A stretch of DNA of 64,000 nucleotides, from the NCBI GenBank assembly GCA_014896535.1, contig JADBKE010000007.1, positions 4,358-68,357 on the forward strand, read 5' to 3'. The number at the start of each line of letters is the position of its first letter. The first letter of the stretch is position 1. Made by a program: the position numbers and the translations under genes. Shown here in pieces: positions 29,208 to 43,291 of the stretch. A model generated the notes under the pieces. The model was not told where the DNA came from, searched no databases, and saw only the letters and a program-made list of their open reading frames with translations. The DNA is from Candidatus Fermentithermobacillaceae bacterium (GTDB lineage: Bacteria; Bacillota; Sulfobacillia; Fermentithermobacillales; DUSS01).

Positions 29208-32200
29208 CTTTCAGTCCCCTCTACATCGGGGTTCTCGCTGCAACTGGTACCTGCCCGAGAGAGAGATCCCTGACCTCTTCTTTCAGTCCCCTCTACATCG
29301 GGGTTCTCGCTGCAACTCAGTGGCGAAAGAACAAGCTGATGCGAGCAGAAACCTTTCAGTCCCCTCTACATCGGGGTTCTCGCTGCAACACGAGGAGACC
29401 GACATAACAAGACTCGGGCTCGAAGGCTTTCAGTCCCCTCTACATCGGGGTTCTCGCTGCAACCGCCAGTCCAGTGGCGGGGTCGCACAAAACATCCGGG
29501 CTTTCAGTCCCCTCTACATCGGGGTTCTCGCTGCAACGCGATTCCGCAACGAACTTGACTTTTGTCGCCAACATCTTTCAGTCCCCTCTACATCGGGGTT
29601 CTCGCTGCAACCTGAGCCGCATCGACAGCCAGGAGCTCTCCGAGTGGACTTTCAGTCCCCTCTACATCGGGGTTCTCGCTGCAACTGATAGAACGCGGCC
29701 GGACCGAGGTGGCCCGCGCCGACTTTCAGTCCCCTCTACATCGGGGTTCTCGCTGCAACTAAGACTCTCTTCCGCGATTGGTACGAAGTCAACAGCTTTC
29801 AGTCCCCTCTACATCGGGGTTCTCGCTGCAACTGAGGCGACGGCCCTCAGACAGCTTCTTGAGTGCTTTCTCTTTCAGTCCCCTCTACACCGGGGTTCTC
29901 GCTGCAACCCTTCTGCGTGTCAAGCCAGTGGTAACCGTCCTGATCTTTCAGTCCCCTCTACATCGGGGTTCTCGCTGCAACCGTTATCAGAAAAACGGGC
30001 CATGGTCTGCCTTCGCCTTTCAGTCCCCTCTACATCGGGGTTCTCGCTGCAACAGTGCTGGGAGGTTGTTTGCAACATCCAACCAGACGCTTTCAGTCCC
30101 CTCTACATCGGGATTCTCGCTGCAACGAATTGCGGCTGCTGTCAGAGAAAGACCCAGGCCATCAACCTTTCAGTCCCCTCTACATCGGGGTTCTCGCTGC
30201 AACAGTGCTGGGAGGTTGTTTGCAACATCCAACCAGACGCTTTCAGTCCCCTCTACATCGGGATTCTCGCTGCAACGAATTGCGGCTGCTGTCAGAGAAA
30301 GACCCAGGCCATCAACCTTTCAGTCCCCTCTACATCGGGGTTCTCGCTGCAACTCAGGCTCGCCAACAGTCAAGCCAGGCTGCCAGAGCTTTCAGTCCCC
30401 TCTACATCGGGGTTCTCGCTGCAACGCAGGTGATAATGCTGGCGGAAGTGACCGTCGCAACTTTCAGTCCCCTCTACATCGGGGTTCTCGCTGCAACCCG
30501 GCTGCGGTATGAGCCTGAACTTGGCCAGCTAGCTTTCTTTCAGTCCCCTCTACATCGGGGTTCTCGCTGCAACTTCATTCTCCTGTCGATGCGGAAACCA
30601 TTGGCCAGTGTACTTTCAGTCCCCTCTACATCGGGGTTCTCGCTGCAACCTACATCGACCTTCTGCCCAGTCTCAGGATTAACACTTTCAGTCCCCTCTA
30701 CATCGGGGTTCTCGCTGCAACTCGAACCACCTGACGAGCTCCGCATAGCGGGCTCGCCTTTCAGTCCCCTCTACATCGGGGTTCTCGCTGCAACCAGTTC
30801 ACCATGCAGGGGTGCAAAACCGGCGTAAACTTTCAGTCCCCTCTACATCGGGGTTCTCGCTGCAACAGTTCGATGACTCGCGCAAGGCACGAGATATGCA
30901 GCCTTTCAGTCCCCTCTACATCGGGGTTCTCGCTGCAACCCTTCGCGAGGTGCAGGTAGATGTACCCGGTCACGCCTTTCAGTCCCCTCTACATCGGCGT
31001 TCTCGCTGCAACCAAGGCGTCGAATACGAATCCGACGACCAGGGTCCTTACTTTCAGTCCCCTCTACATCGGGGTTCTCGCTGCAACAAGCGCATGACGC
31101 TCGGGTTCTCGGGGCTGCCCTTCCCTTTCAGTCCCCTCTACATCGGGGTTCTCGCTGCAACCTCCGGAAGCAGGATCTCCGTGATCACGCCGTTCTTGGC
31201 TTTCAGTCCCCTCTACATCGGGGTTCTCGCTGCAACCAAAAGATGGAGCTCACGCAGCGGTTCTTCAGGGCTTTCAGTCCCCTCTACATCGGGGTTCTCG
31301 CTGCAACGCGCCGGGGTAGGCCGCCGGGCACGGCCCGAGCGGCTTTCAGTCCCCTCTACATCGGGGTTCTCGCTGCAACTCGCAATCGCACTAGGGACCG
31401 CGCACCCAGTAAAACACTTTCAGTCCCCTCTACATCGGGGTTCTCGCTGCAACTCAAACTATGCGCGTCGAAGCACCTCTTCTAATTACTTTCAGTCCCC
31501 TCTACATCGGGGTTCTCGCTGCAACGGCGGGTGCCGGATTATGGCTCCGGCGCGCCAGATTTGCGGCTTTCAGTCTCCTCTACATCGGGGTTCTCGCTGC
31601 AACAAGCTCATCCGGCAGGCCGGTAAGCCGGATGCCGAGGCTTTCAGTCCCCTCTACATCGGGGTTCTCGCTGCAACTTGACACCGAGTTCCGAGATGGA
31701 CCGCCTCAAGGCCTTTCAGTCCCCTCTACATCGGGGTTCTCGCTGCAACGAGTGGTCGTGTGAAGACGTGCATTTATGGGCTTCTGCTTTCAGTCCCCTC
31801 TACATCGGGGTTCTCGCTGCAACCACCCGGAGGGGAAAACACTTTGCTCGTAGGATTGACTTTGAGTCCCCTCTACATCGGGGTTCTCGCTGCAACTCGA
31901 AGCGGTCATGGGCCGAATTGACTTTCCTAGCGCTTTCAGTCCCCTCTACATCGGGGTTCTCGCTGCAACGGGACAATGTATGCGGTATATGAGAACGCTC
32001 TCAGCTTTCAGTCCCCTCTACATCGGGGTTCTCGCTGCAACCTGTAGCGGCGCAGGTAGCGCCGATTTACAGCATCTTTCAGTCCCCTCTACATCGGGGT
32101 TCTCGCTGCAACGTGTTACCGGTGCCTGAAAAGCTGCAAAAAGCCATCTTTCAGTCCCCTCTACATCGGGGTTCTCGCTGCAACCTCCCGCTCCCAGGCG

Positions 32201-35200
32201 AGGAGCGTCTCAACAGTCTGCTTTCAGTCCCCTCTACATCGGGGTTCTCGCTGCAACTCACGTCGTCCTTGGTTCCCTCCAGCCCGACCGCGCTTTCAGT
32301 CCCCTCTACATCGGGGTTCTCGCTGCAACTAGTCTGGCAGTTAACTGGACAGAAGCCTTGCCTACCTTTCAGTCCCCTCTACATCGGGGTTCTCGCTGCA
32401 ACTTTATGTATTTACTCATTCGGCGCGAAAACATCCCGGCTTTCAGTCCCCTCTACATCGGGGTTCTCGCTGCAACGGGAACCAGCCAGCGTGCCGCGGA
32501 CGTGAAGTCCGCCTTTCAGTCCCCTCTACATCGGGGTTCTCGCTGCAACCCTTATCCTCCGGTTCTGTTTCAGCAACTGATACAGCTTTCAGTCCCCTCT
32601 ACATCGGGGTTCTCGCTGCAACGGTACATCGTCCGCGTAGGCGGCGAAGAAGTTCGGCTTCTTTCAGTCCCCTCTACATCGGGGTTCTCGCTGCAACACG
32701 TATCCTCGGTAACTGGGAGCACCGACTTCGTAAGCTTTCAGTCCCCTCTACATCGGGGTTCTCGCTGCAACGTTATCGTGATACTGCCAGACTCATACTG
32801 TGATACATCTTTCAGTCCCCTCTACATCGGGGTTCTCGCTGCAACGCTAGCTAGGCGCTCGGCTTCGATCGCAGCCGGCGCAGCTTTCAGTCCCCTCTAC
32901 ATCGGGGTTCTCGCTGCAACCAGTTTTGGATGCTGACCCCGCCTTGATGCCTGACCCTTTCAGTCCCCTCTACATCGGGGTTCTCGCTGCAACGTCTATC
33001 GATCTCGGAACGCTAGATTGGATGTACGTACTTTCAGTCCCCTCTACATCGGGGTTCTCGCTGCAACTCATACCGGTGCCCAGGGCCTCGACGCGACTTC
33101 CCCCTTTCAGTCCCCTCTACATCGGGGTTCTCGCTGCAACCCCGACCCGTTGCTGCCGGTTGACGAACCACTCACACCTTTCAGTCCCCTCTACATCGGG
33201 GTTCTCGCTGCAACTTTTTTGTGGGGTTCATGCTTCTTGTAATAATGCACTTTCAGTCCCCTCTACATCGGGGTTCTCGCTGCAACTTATCTTTAGCGGG
33301 GATCCCCTGGCCACAATTAGCTTTCAGTCCCCTCTACATCGGGGTTCTCGCTGCAACTGTATAGGGCCCTCGTGGTAATAACTCTGTGCTGTCCTTTCAG
33401 TCCCCTCTACATCGGGGTTCTCGCTGCAACCGCCGGACGCTGGGAAATCCAGATCCCCTTGACGCGCCTTTCAGTCCCCTCTACATCGGGGTTCTCGCTG
33501 CAACGGGCTCGGGCGCTGGCGAGACTGTGATGAAAAGAACATCTTTCAGTCCCCTCTACATCGGGGTTCTCGCTGCAACTACACAAGGTCCGGCCGAATT
33601 CTCCACAGGTACCCCCTCTTTCAGTCCCCTCTACATCGGGGTTCTCGCTGCAACTCGGGATCAACATTAATGACTTGCTGAGCTACGTCTTTCAGTCCCC
33701 TCTACATCGGGGTTCTCGCTGCAACTGTAGGAGAGGAGGGAAACTATGCTAGTTGGCTTTGCTTTCAGTCCCCTCTACATCGGGGTTCTCGCTGCAACGT
33801 ATTCCCAGTCGTCACATAGGCTTGTCACATTAAACTTTCAGTCCCCTCTACATCGGGGTTCTCGCTGCAACTAAGCGAAGTACAACAAAAGTAAGGAGAT
33901 GATCAGCACTTTCAGTCCCCTCTACATCGGGGTTCTCGCTGCAACCTTCGTTTTGGAGCCAATCCACAAACGGCTTGTTCTTTCAGTCCCCTCTACATCG
34001 GGGTTCTCGCTGCAACACGAGCTCGGCATCGGACATCTTCGCCAGGTCCTCCTTTCAGTCCCCTCTACATCGGGGTTCTCGCTGCAACCCGTTTCGCGGT
34101 CCACCCACCGGCCGGGGGCGTTTGTGCTTTCAGTCCCCTCTACATCGGGGTTCTCGCTGCAACAGGTGGCAGTCTGATGGGGGACTTCCAACTGAAATGG
34201 TACTTTCAGTCCCCTCTACATCGGGGTTCTCGCTGCAACCCCACCCGGCCTGCGCGGTCGCCCGGAATGCTGCCTTCACTTTCAGTCCCCTCTACATCGG
34301 GGTTCTCGCTGCAACACCTGACGAGTGTCTAAAGCGGATTGTGCCTCTTGCCTTTCAGTCCCCTCTACATCGGGGTTCTCGCTGCAACCGGATGCCCACT
34401 ATCGGATGCCTTGAGCCTCATCGACTTTCAGTCCCCTCTACATCGGGGTTCTCGCTGCAACTATAATTAGAACCGCGTCGACCCCGACCCGTGGTAGCCT
34501 TTCAGTCCCCTCTACATCGGGGTTCTCGCTGCAACTCTCTATGCTCATCGGTCTACACATTAGCGCAATCTTTCAGTCCCCTCTACATCGGGGTTCTCGC
34601 TGCAACACCTGGGTCCTTCGGGCCCAGGTGCGGTTGTCCAATGTTCTTTCAGTCCCCTCTACATCGGGGTTCTCGCTGCAACTAAGACGACCAGGTACCC
34701 TGCGCTACTAAGGAACCGTTTCTTTCAGTCCCCTCTACATCGGGGTTCTCGCTGCAACGGTTCCGTTTTAGAAGCCAGCTCTTTAGCCACCTGCTCTTTC
34801 AGTCCCCTCTACATCGGGGTTCTCGCTGCAACTAACGCTGTAGATGTCAGGTGTCGCATTTATCACCTTTCAGTCCCCTCTACATCGGGGTTCTCGCTGC
34901 AACATAAGTGCGTATTGCATTCACGGGCAAGATGGGCAGCGGCTTTCAGTCCCCTCTACATCGGGGTTCTCGCTGCAACCGTTTTCTTCGCATCCGCTAG
35001 TCCGCTAGAAAGAGGCTTTCAGTCCCCTCTACATCGGGGTTCTCGCTGCAACCTATCGCCAGATACCGCTGGTCGACCTTCACCTCGACTTTCAGTCCCC
35101 TCTACATCGGGGTTCTCGCTGCAACCCCGGCCAGGCCGTGCTCGGCCCACAGGTACACGTCTTTCAGTCCCCTCTACATCGGGGTTCTCGCTGCAACGCG

Positions 35201-38200
35201 GGCCGCATGCCATCCTCCTTTCGGATGGTTTTGCTTTCAGTCCCCTCTACATCGGGGTTCTCGCTGCAACATCGGCCCCCGCTTTCCGCAGGAGGCGGGT
35301 GGCGACTTTCAGTCCCCTCTACATCGGGGTTCTCGCTGCAACCAGTCCTGCCAGCCGCAGGAGCTCCTTCCGGTGCTCTTTCAGTCCCCTCTACATCGGG
35401 GTTCTCGCTGCAACTCAATGACGGATTCGCCGATGTTCCAGACCTCGGGCTTTCAGTCCCCTCTACATCGGGGTTCTCGCTGCAACATTTTCACCGCACT
35501 TGACCCCATCCCATATGACCCTTTCAGTCCCCTCTACATCGGGGTTCTCGCTGCAACCTGAGCGATGCTACAGCCCTACACGCGAAGATTGAACTTTCAG
35601 TCCCCTCTACATCGGGGTTCTCGCTGCAACCGAGATACCTGCTAATCCACAAGACGGCGATCTGCTTTCAGTCCCCTCTACATCGGGGTTCTCGCTGCAA
35701 CACGGTACTAATTCCGCCACATGCTATGTAACGTTACTTTCAGTCCCCTCTACATCGGGGTTCTCGCTGCAACGGACCAGCCCGGTTTGTAACCCTCGCC
35801 GCTGCAACGCTTTCAGTCCCCTCTACATCGGGGTTCTCGCTGCAACTGAGGCGGTGCGGCATGGACCCGGCTCCGCTCTTGCGCTTTCAGTCCCCTCTAC
35901 ATCGGGGTTCTCGCTGCAACCGGTGCTACGAACGATGCGCCGACGCTCGATGCGCCTTTCAGTCCCCTCTACATCGGGGTTCTCGCTGCAACTGCCGAAG
36001 TGGTGGACGCGCTGGGCCTCGCTCGATCTTTCAGTCCCCTCTACATCGGGGTTCTCGCTGCAACCTGAACCCGCGACGCATGCACAACATCATGGTCGCA
36101 TCTTTCAGTCCCCTCTACATCGGGGTTCTCGCTGCAACCGACCCAGGAGCTCGCCCAGCAGGCGGCGGAGATGCTTTCAGTCCCCTCTACATCGGGGTTC
36201 TCGCTGCAACCGCAGGGAGGCAGGTGATAGACGTGCCTCTCAAGCGCTTTCAGTCCCCTCTACATCGGGGTTCTCGCTGCAACCTTCCCCTACGGCACAG
36301 AAGTTGGAGGCCCAGTATGCTTTCAGTCCCCTCTACATCGGGGTTCTCGCTGCAACTTTTCCAACGTTCCGTTGATGTCTTTTCGCAAATCCACTTTCAG
36401 TCCCCTCTACATCGGGGTTCTCGCTGCAACTCCATCAGAATACTCGACTTTCGTTACGTATGCCCCTTTCAGTCCCCTCTACATCGGGGTTCTCGCTGCA
36501 ACCTGTAGTACGGAGTAGGTCCCACGCGCACAGCCAGCTTTCAGTCCCCTCTACATCGGGGTTCTCGCTGCAACTACCCAGTTTGCTGGCGGACCCGTAG
36601 GGTATTGGGCTCTTTCAGTCCCCTCTACATCGGGGTTCTCGCTGCAACCAGACCTGCCCGACGATGACATCGAGTACCTACGTCTTTCAGTCCCCTCTAC
36701 ATCGGGGTTCTCGCTGCAACGTCACAGACCGGATCGGCAACCCTGGTCACCAGAGTGCCTTTCAGTCCCCTCTACATCGGGGTTCTCGCTGCAACCGTAT
36801 TCGACGCTGACCGCGCTTGAGCAGATTCTGCTTTCAGTCCCCTCTACATCGGGGTTCTCGCTGCAACTGCACAGCATCCGCCGTCTGGGCCGGGTAGCTC
36901 ACATCTTTCAGTCCCCTCTACATCGGGGTTCTCGCTGCAACGAGTTCGAACAGTGATTGAAGTTTTCGGACCCTCTCCACCTTTCAGTCCCCTCTACATC
37001 GGGGTTCTCGCTGCAACTCGGGATGAGCAGGATGCCAGTGCCTCGGGTGCTGCTTTCAGTCCCCTCTACATCGGGGTTCTCGCTGCAACATACCGTGGCG
37101 GGGTCCTGCGGGCGGCCGTATGGATCCTTTCAGTCCCCTCTACATCGGGGTTCTCGCTGCAACAAGTCTCCGAGTCCGAGGTCCGCTCCTGGGAGTCCCT
37201 TTCAGTCCCCTCTACATCGGGGTTCTCGCTGCAACAGAGGGCGGGGCGGCACTCGAGCTTTCCAACATATCGCTTTCAGTCCCCTCTACATCGGGGTTCT
37301 CGCTGCAACAGCATGTATGCATTAAAGTTTGCGAGACTGGTGGGCTTTCAGTCCCCTCTACATCGGGGTTCTCGCTGCAACAGAAACTAATTGCGGGTGA
37401 CCCCGATGGAAGAAACTTTCAGTCCCCTCTACATCGGGGTTCTCGCTGCAACGTGGCTCCTACGTACCCGATCTCGCGGGTGGCGTGGCTTTCAGTCCCC
37501 TCTACATCGGGGTTCTCGCTGCAACTTCGGGACGGATTATCGAAGTTTCCGGCTGTGCTTAACTTTCAGTCCCCTCTACATCGGGGTTCTCGCTGCAACA
37601 CGAGGGATGGGCCCCGTCTGCTGGGGTCTTAGCAACTTTCAGTCCCCTCTACATCGGGGTTCTCGCTGCAACTCGACGTAGCTGCTTCGTTTGTGTACTT
37701 GCTTCAGGCTTTCAGTCCCCTCTACATCGGGGTTCTCGCTGCAACTGGGCCGTGGGCCTCCGGCAACGCCTCCGCTGGGCTCGCTTTCAGTCCCCTCTAC
37801 ATCGGGGTTCTCGCTGCAACCGAGCCGGGAGCTCTCCGAGTGGATGGCGTTCTTCCCTTTCAGTCCCCTCTACATCGGGGTTCTCGCTGCAACCCGGTTA
37901 ATCGAGCAGTTCAATGGATCAAGCACAATCTTTCAGTCCCCTCTACATCGGGGTTCTCGCTGCAACTGCTTTGCGATTTGCTCGCGTTCTTTGATGTCTG
38001 CTTTCAGTCCCCTCTACATCGGGGTTCTCGCTGCAACACGGCCTTCGTTCCGTCAGGATTCACAGATGAAACCTTTCAGTCCCCTCTACATCGGGGTTCT
38101 CGCTGCAACTCGCCAGAAGCTCTCTCACGGTCATCCCGAGTTCCCCTTTCAGTCCCCTCTACATCGGGGTTCTCGCTGCAACTGGACCCGCGTTACGCAA

Positions 38201-41200
38201 TAGTGCGCCTGCAGCCCTCTTTCAGTCCCCTCTACATCGGGGTTCTCGCTGCAACAAGTTCAGCCTGGGTAGCCACATCCGCCGCTACCTTCGCTTTCAG
38301 TCCCCTCTACATCGGGGTTCTCGCTGCAACTCAATTCTTTACCCGGGGGGGTATCAGATTTTTCGGCTTTCAGTCCCCTCTACATCGGGGTTCTCGCTGC
38401 AACACGAACCTCCCGGAATGTAGGTCAAACACGTTAGAAGCGTACTTTCAGTCCCCTCTACATCGGGGTTCTCGCTGCAACTCAAGGGAGCTGTGAAGTG
38501 AGGTAGGTTTCTGCGCGAAGGACTTTCAGTCCCCTCTACATCGGGGTTCTCGCTGCAACTTGATGAGCCGCTCGAGCGCTGTGAGCGTCGAATAAGCACT
38601 TTCAGTCCCCTCTACATCGGGGTTCTCGCTGCAACCGACGATGCCGTGCCGATCGCGGTTAAGTATGCACTTTCAGTCCCCTCTACATCGGGGTTCTCGC
38701 TGCAACTGACATCTGCGCTCATCGCCACCGCGTATAGTGTTAGACTTTCAGTCCCCTCTACATCGGGGTTCTCGCTGCAACCGGACCATCGCTCCCTGGC
38801 CGCCCGGGCCCAGGGACTTTCAGTCCCCTCTACATCGGGGTTCTCGCTGCAACTTCGCCAATCCATCCCCGCAGTTTCGATCGAGCATTCCCTTTCAGTC
38901 CCCTCTACATCGGGGTTCTCGCTGCAACACATGAACGTAAGCAGATGGAGGAGCGGCGTTTATTCTTTCAGTCCCCTCTACATCGGGGTTCTCGCTGCAA
39001 CCGAATACGGGCTCGGGACCTGGACGATTTCCTGCGACTTTCAGTCCCCTCTACATCGGGGTTCTCGCTGCAACTCCCGGGGTCGGGAAGGTTCGGGTAG
39101 CTTACGGTCGGCTTTCAGTCCCCTCTACATCGGGGTTCTCGCTGCAACCGATCCCCGGCCCGATCTTAATCAGGACCACGAGCTTCTTTCAGTCCCCTCT
39201 ACATCGGGGTTCTCGCTGCAACGGACCTCTTTGGCCATATCCCGGATGCCACGCGCCACTTTCAGTCCCCTCTACATCGGGGTTCTCGCTGCAACGCCCC
39301 CGGGCCAGCCTCAGATACGGCCAGCCGTGCTCTTTCAGTCCCCTCTACATCGGGGTTCTCGCTGCAACCCGGACTATGTGGACAAGGAGACCGGGGAGCG
39401 TAACTTTCAGTCCCCTCTACATCGGGGTTCTCGCTGCAACCAAGCCGTAGAAAGGCCGAAAAAGGCCTTTTTCGGCCTTTCAGTCCCCTCTACATCGGGG
39501 TTCTCGCTGCAACAGAACACCGATCCGCGATTACCCATACCTCGTCGGTTCTTTCAGTCCCCTCTACATCGGGGTTCTCGCTGCAACCGAGGGGACCAAG
39601 ATATTGTGACAGGTTAATCCCCCTTTCAGTCCCCTCTACATCGGGGTTCTCGCTGCAACGCTCAGGTACGTTTTGTAGCCTGCGGCCCCCTCTACCTTTC
39701 AGTCCCCTCTACATCGGGGTTCTCGCTGCAACCCTACTAAGGACAGAGAAGGACTTTATCACGCTAGCAACTTTCAGTCCCCTCTACATCGGGGTTCTCG
39801 CTGCAACCTTTCGACGCACTGGGGTAGAAGTATATGAATTCTTGCTTTCAGTCCCCTCTACATCGGGGTTCTCGCTGCAACTTGTGACGGGGCAGGTTAC
39901 CGCTGCCTATTATAGGACGTCTTTCAGTCCCCTCTACATCGGGGTTCTCGCTGCAACTTGAGCCAAGCCCAGGCTCAGGCATTGAGTTATCTCTTTCAGT
40001 CCCCTCTACATCGGGGTTCTCGCTGCAACCGTAGACGACCAACTGAGGATAACTCGCTCAATGTCCTTTCAGTCCCCTCTACATCGGGGTTCTCGCTGCA
40101 ACTGCCCCTGCTTTCATCAAAGGAGGCAAAACGAGTGCCTTTCGCTTTCAGTCCCCTCTACATCGGGGTTCTCGCTGCAACGGCCCCTTTCCACCACTCC
40201 AGTTTTTTCGCTCCCTGAGCTTTCAGTCCCCTCTACATCGGGGTTCTCGCTGCAACAGGAAACCTGAGGTTGAGGCCTGACCGTGGCCCTGTCTTTCAGT
40301 CCCCTCTACATCGGGGTTCTCGCTGCAACCTGATCCGCCTTTGCATTCCGCCAGGCATGCGGCGCCTTTCAGTCCCCTCTACATCGGGGTTCTCGCTGCA
40401 ACTGACGTACCAGCAGCCGAACGCCAGGGGCAGCTGGACTTTCAGTCCCCTCTACATCGGGGTTCTCGCTGCAACCACCATTCGACCGTGCCGCACACCC
40501 AGCCCTGCACCTTTCAGTCCCCTCTACATCGGGGTTCTCGCTGCAACAAGCTCGAGGAGCTCGTACGTTTCTGGCGTCAGGTTCCTTTCAGTCCCCTCTA
40601 CATCGGGGTTCTCGCTGCAACCCGGGGTGCCTGTCCTCATCTGGGGTCCTCCAGGTGCCTTTCAGTCCCCTCTACATCGGGGTTCTCGCTGCAACTGAAA
40701 CTCGGCAAACCTGTGTTCGCTGACCTGGCAGACCCTTTCAGTCCCCTCTACATCGGGGTTCTCGCTGCAACCGCGCGAGCCTTCCAAGAATTCCGAAGCG
40801 CGGGTCTTCTTTCAGTCCCCTCTACATCGGGGTTCTCGCTGCAACTGCCAGAATTGGTTCACCAGCTTTCACAATTCCGACCACTTTCAGTCCCCTCTAC
40901 ATCGGGGTTCTCGCTGCAACGTCTATCGGCTAGGATCCAGCACCACACCTGGCTAGTCTTTCAGTCCCCTCTACATCGGGGTTCTCGCTGCAACGTCAGG
41001 GTTTCGGGGGAGCGGGTGGAGTCGGTAGGGCCTTTCAGTCCCCTCTACATCGGGGTTCTCGCTGCAACTCCAGTCCAGGACGAATTCGCATTCGTTGCGC
41101 CACCTTTCAGTCCCCTCTACATCGGGGTTCTCGCTGCAACTGGTCGCCTTGGCCGTGGCCAACTGGCCTGCCATGCCTTTCAGTCCCCTCTACATCGGGG

Positions 41201-41657
41201 TTCTCGCTGCAACGATTTCGCTGACGCAGTTGTAAGGTACCTGTATGATCTTTCAGTCCCCTCTACATCGGGGTTCTCGCTGCAACTTTGCCTGTATATC
41301 TCGTACTGTAAACAGATCGATTCTTTCAGTCCCCTCTACATCGGGGTTCTCGCTGCAACTGACCCGGCCCCTGGGCGAGATGATCACCACGCCGGCCTTT
41401 CAGTCCCCTCTACATCGGGGTTCTCGCTGCAACCGGGTGCCGGGATTCTGGCTCCCGGCGGGCCAGATTTCCTTTCAGTCCCCTCTACATCGGGGTTCTC
41501 GCTGCAACCCAGCATATGGGTCCCATCCCGCGCTTAACGCTCGTCTTTCAGTCCCCTCTACATCGGGGTTCTCGCTGCAACGACAGGTGGGCGCCGAATC
41601 TCATGGGCATGTTCGCCCACTTTCAGTCCCCTCTACATCGGGGTTCTCGCTGCAACC
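29208..41657 (-). CRISPR. CRISPR array, ~170 repeats of 37 bp with 35-40 bp spacers
   Basis: Repeat is CTTTCAGTCCCCTCTACATCGGGGTTCTCGCTGCAAC on the + strand. The minus-strand orientation GTTGCAGCGAGAACCCCGATGTAGAGGGGACTGAAAG gives the typical GAAAG 3' end and places the cas genes and leader at 41.7-42.1 kb. Spacers are unique apart from one duplicated block. Confidence 0.97.
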
Positions 41658-42135
41658 GACCTACGTTGCTGCGCCTTTGTAGCCCCTGCCTGCGGAAATG
41701 GCTGGCCCGCACCTCGCTTGAAAGCGCGAATTTATCGACGCCAAGGATTTTGCGCCAGAATTGCTACCAACGGCGACAGTCTTCCCGCCATCGATCATTC
41801 CTGCTCATCCCCTCAAAGGGCACACTTGAGTGGCCCTACTTACCACCGAGTCCGCGCCGTTTCCGCACAGCCCAAGAGCGCAGCGTCGAAAACTCCTCGG
41901 GTCAGCGACTTCGCACCGGAGCCCTGACGGCCAGCCTGAGTTATATCTCAGGGTAGCGGAGGCACGGTGCCGTCTTTAATGTAGCATACCGACGCCTATT
42001 CCTTCGATAACGGGATCGACGATGGGCCGAGGAGGCACGTCCCTCCTTCAGTGTAGCATACGAAAGCGTCCACCGCGAAGGTCGAAACGCCCAGTTGCAA
42101 GCTGCACCCAGCGTGGCACCACTTCCCAATGGGCT
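41658..42135 (-). promoter_or_regulatory. CRISPR leader (contains copy 2 of the ~300-bp conserved element)
   Basis: Lies between the leader-proximal repeat (ends 41657) and the stop of the last cas gene (42136). It shares conserved blocks with 12061-12365. Confidence 0.55.
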
Positions 42136-43116
42136 TCAAACTAGACAGTTGCGACGGTCGGAACATCCAGTATCAAATCCAGTATCAAGCTGCATCCTCG
42201 TCCGCCCACGGCAGACCGCATAGTATCCGCAGTACTCCGGACACTCTTCGGCAACTCCAGGGTCTTGCCCCTCGTACAACATCCTCATCTTGTCGTCTCG
42301 CTCGTCTATAAACCACTGCCGGAGCTCATCATCGATGAGGAACAAGTCGCGGGTGATTACGGGAACCGAACCTCTGAGGTCTACGTACACTATGCACCCG
42401 ACATCTACCGGGAACTCCCAAAGGCTCTCCATGACCATCCCGTAGGCTGTGACGCCCAGCCTGTGAAAGTCCCGTTTTTGGCCGAACTTTACGTCGTATA
42501 TCACCGCTCCGCCAAAGAAAGCGGAATCGCAGCTGAGAAGAGGACTTAGGCCCAGAAACCTACCGTCGAGCTTTTGCTCACACACCACCGGTATCGCCTG
42601 AGCTACGAGAGAATCGCACCCGGAGTACGGTTGCTTGGCGAGGGTTTCGGAAATCCGGCCGATTATCCGCGGTACCTCAAAATCGCAGATCTTTTGCACT
42701 CGCTCCCGGACGAGAGCAGCCTGATTCTCTGCAAGATTCTCCGGTAGCGTGATTTGGGGCCGGAATTCACGGAGGCCGGTAGCAATGCCGTCGAGGTCCT
42801 CCGGGCCCTTTAAGTATATGAGCCGCTTCGCCTGCTCAATCAACTGCGCGACAGCACTATGGCAGGCCGTTCCCGTCAGCATAGCTACGCTAGGCTGTGA
42901 TTCCACGCGTTCGACGCGCTTTAGGAACAGGTCCCGACCGCTGGGACAGTATTTCCCCGCCACCTCAGACACCGTCAATCTGATTTCGTACGGCGGCTCC
43001 AGCGGCGAGTCATGCCAGTTCCACCCCCGCAGTTCACTGGCAACGCCTTCCTCCCTTGCCCTGGGAATTAAATGTTTGAGTAGCCACCTTGATTCTTCTT
43101 CAGTGAGAAAGTACAT
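42136..43116 (-). CDS. Cas4-like/Csa1-family PD-(D/E)xK nuclease with Cys cluster
   Basis: 326 aa with an N-terminal Cys (GKYCPSG), a RecB-like IYDVKFGQ motif and C-terminal CPEYCGYYAVC. It is the last gene before the array. Confidence 0.55.
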   Translation of the reverse strand: MYFLTEEESRWLLKHLIPRAREEGVASELRGWNWHDSPLEPPYEIRLTVSEVAGKYCPSGRDLFLKRVERVESQPSVAMLTGTACHSAVAQLIEQAKRLIYLKGPEDLDGIATGLREFRPQITLPENLAENQAALVRERVQKICDFEVPRIIGRISETLAKQPYSGCDSLVAQAIPVVCEQKLDGRFLGLSPLLSCDSAFFGGAVIYDVKFGQKRDFHRLGVTAYGMVMESLWEFPVDVGCIVYVDLRGSVPVITRDLFLIDDELRQWFIDERDDKMRMLYEGQDPGVAEECPEYCGYYAVCRGRTRMQLDTGFDTGCSDRRNCLV

Positions 43117-43291
43117 AATGGTCCCTCCCGATTTCGGCCACCAACGGCCTCCGTAGCCCGACCAGCATAGGCCTCAGCGGACAGCCGGTTTAACCGAACC
43201 GGCGCCGCAGGCTGACTCAAACCTCCCTGCAATCGCCGCAGCGTAGACAAGGCTCATCACCAGGCAGACCGGCCCGGTCCCTGTACCGAGA

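Noticed and set aside
29135-41682. Dozens of plus- and minus-strand ORFs (60-400 aa) in the ORF track with recurring peptides FQSPLHRGSRCN / FSPLYIGVLAAT / LSVPSTSGFSLQ / CSENPDVEGTE
   Set aside because: These are translations of the 37-bp CRISPR repeat in its three frames and reverse frames. The periodic identical peptides separated by unique spacer-encoded residues show that they are non-coding.
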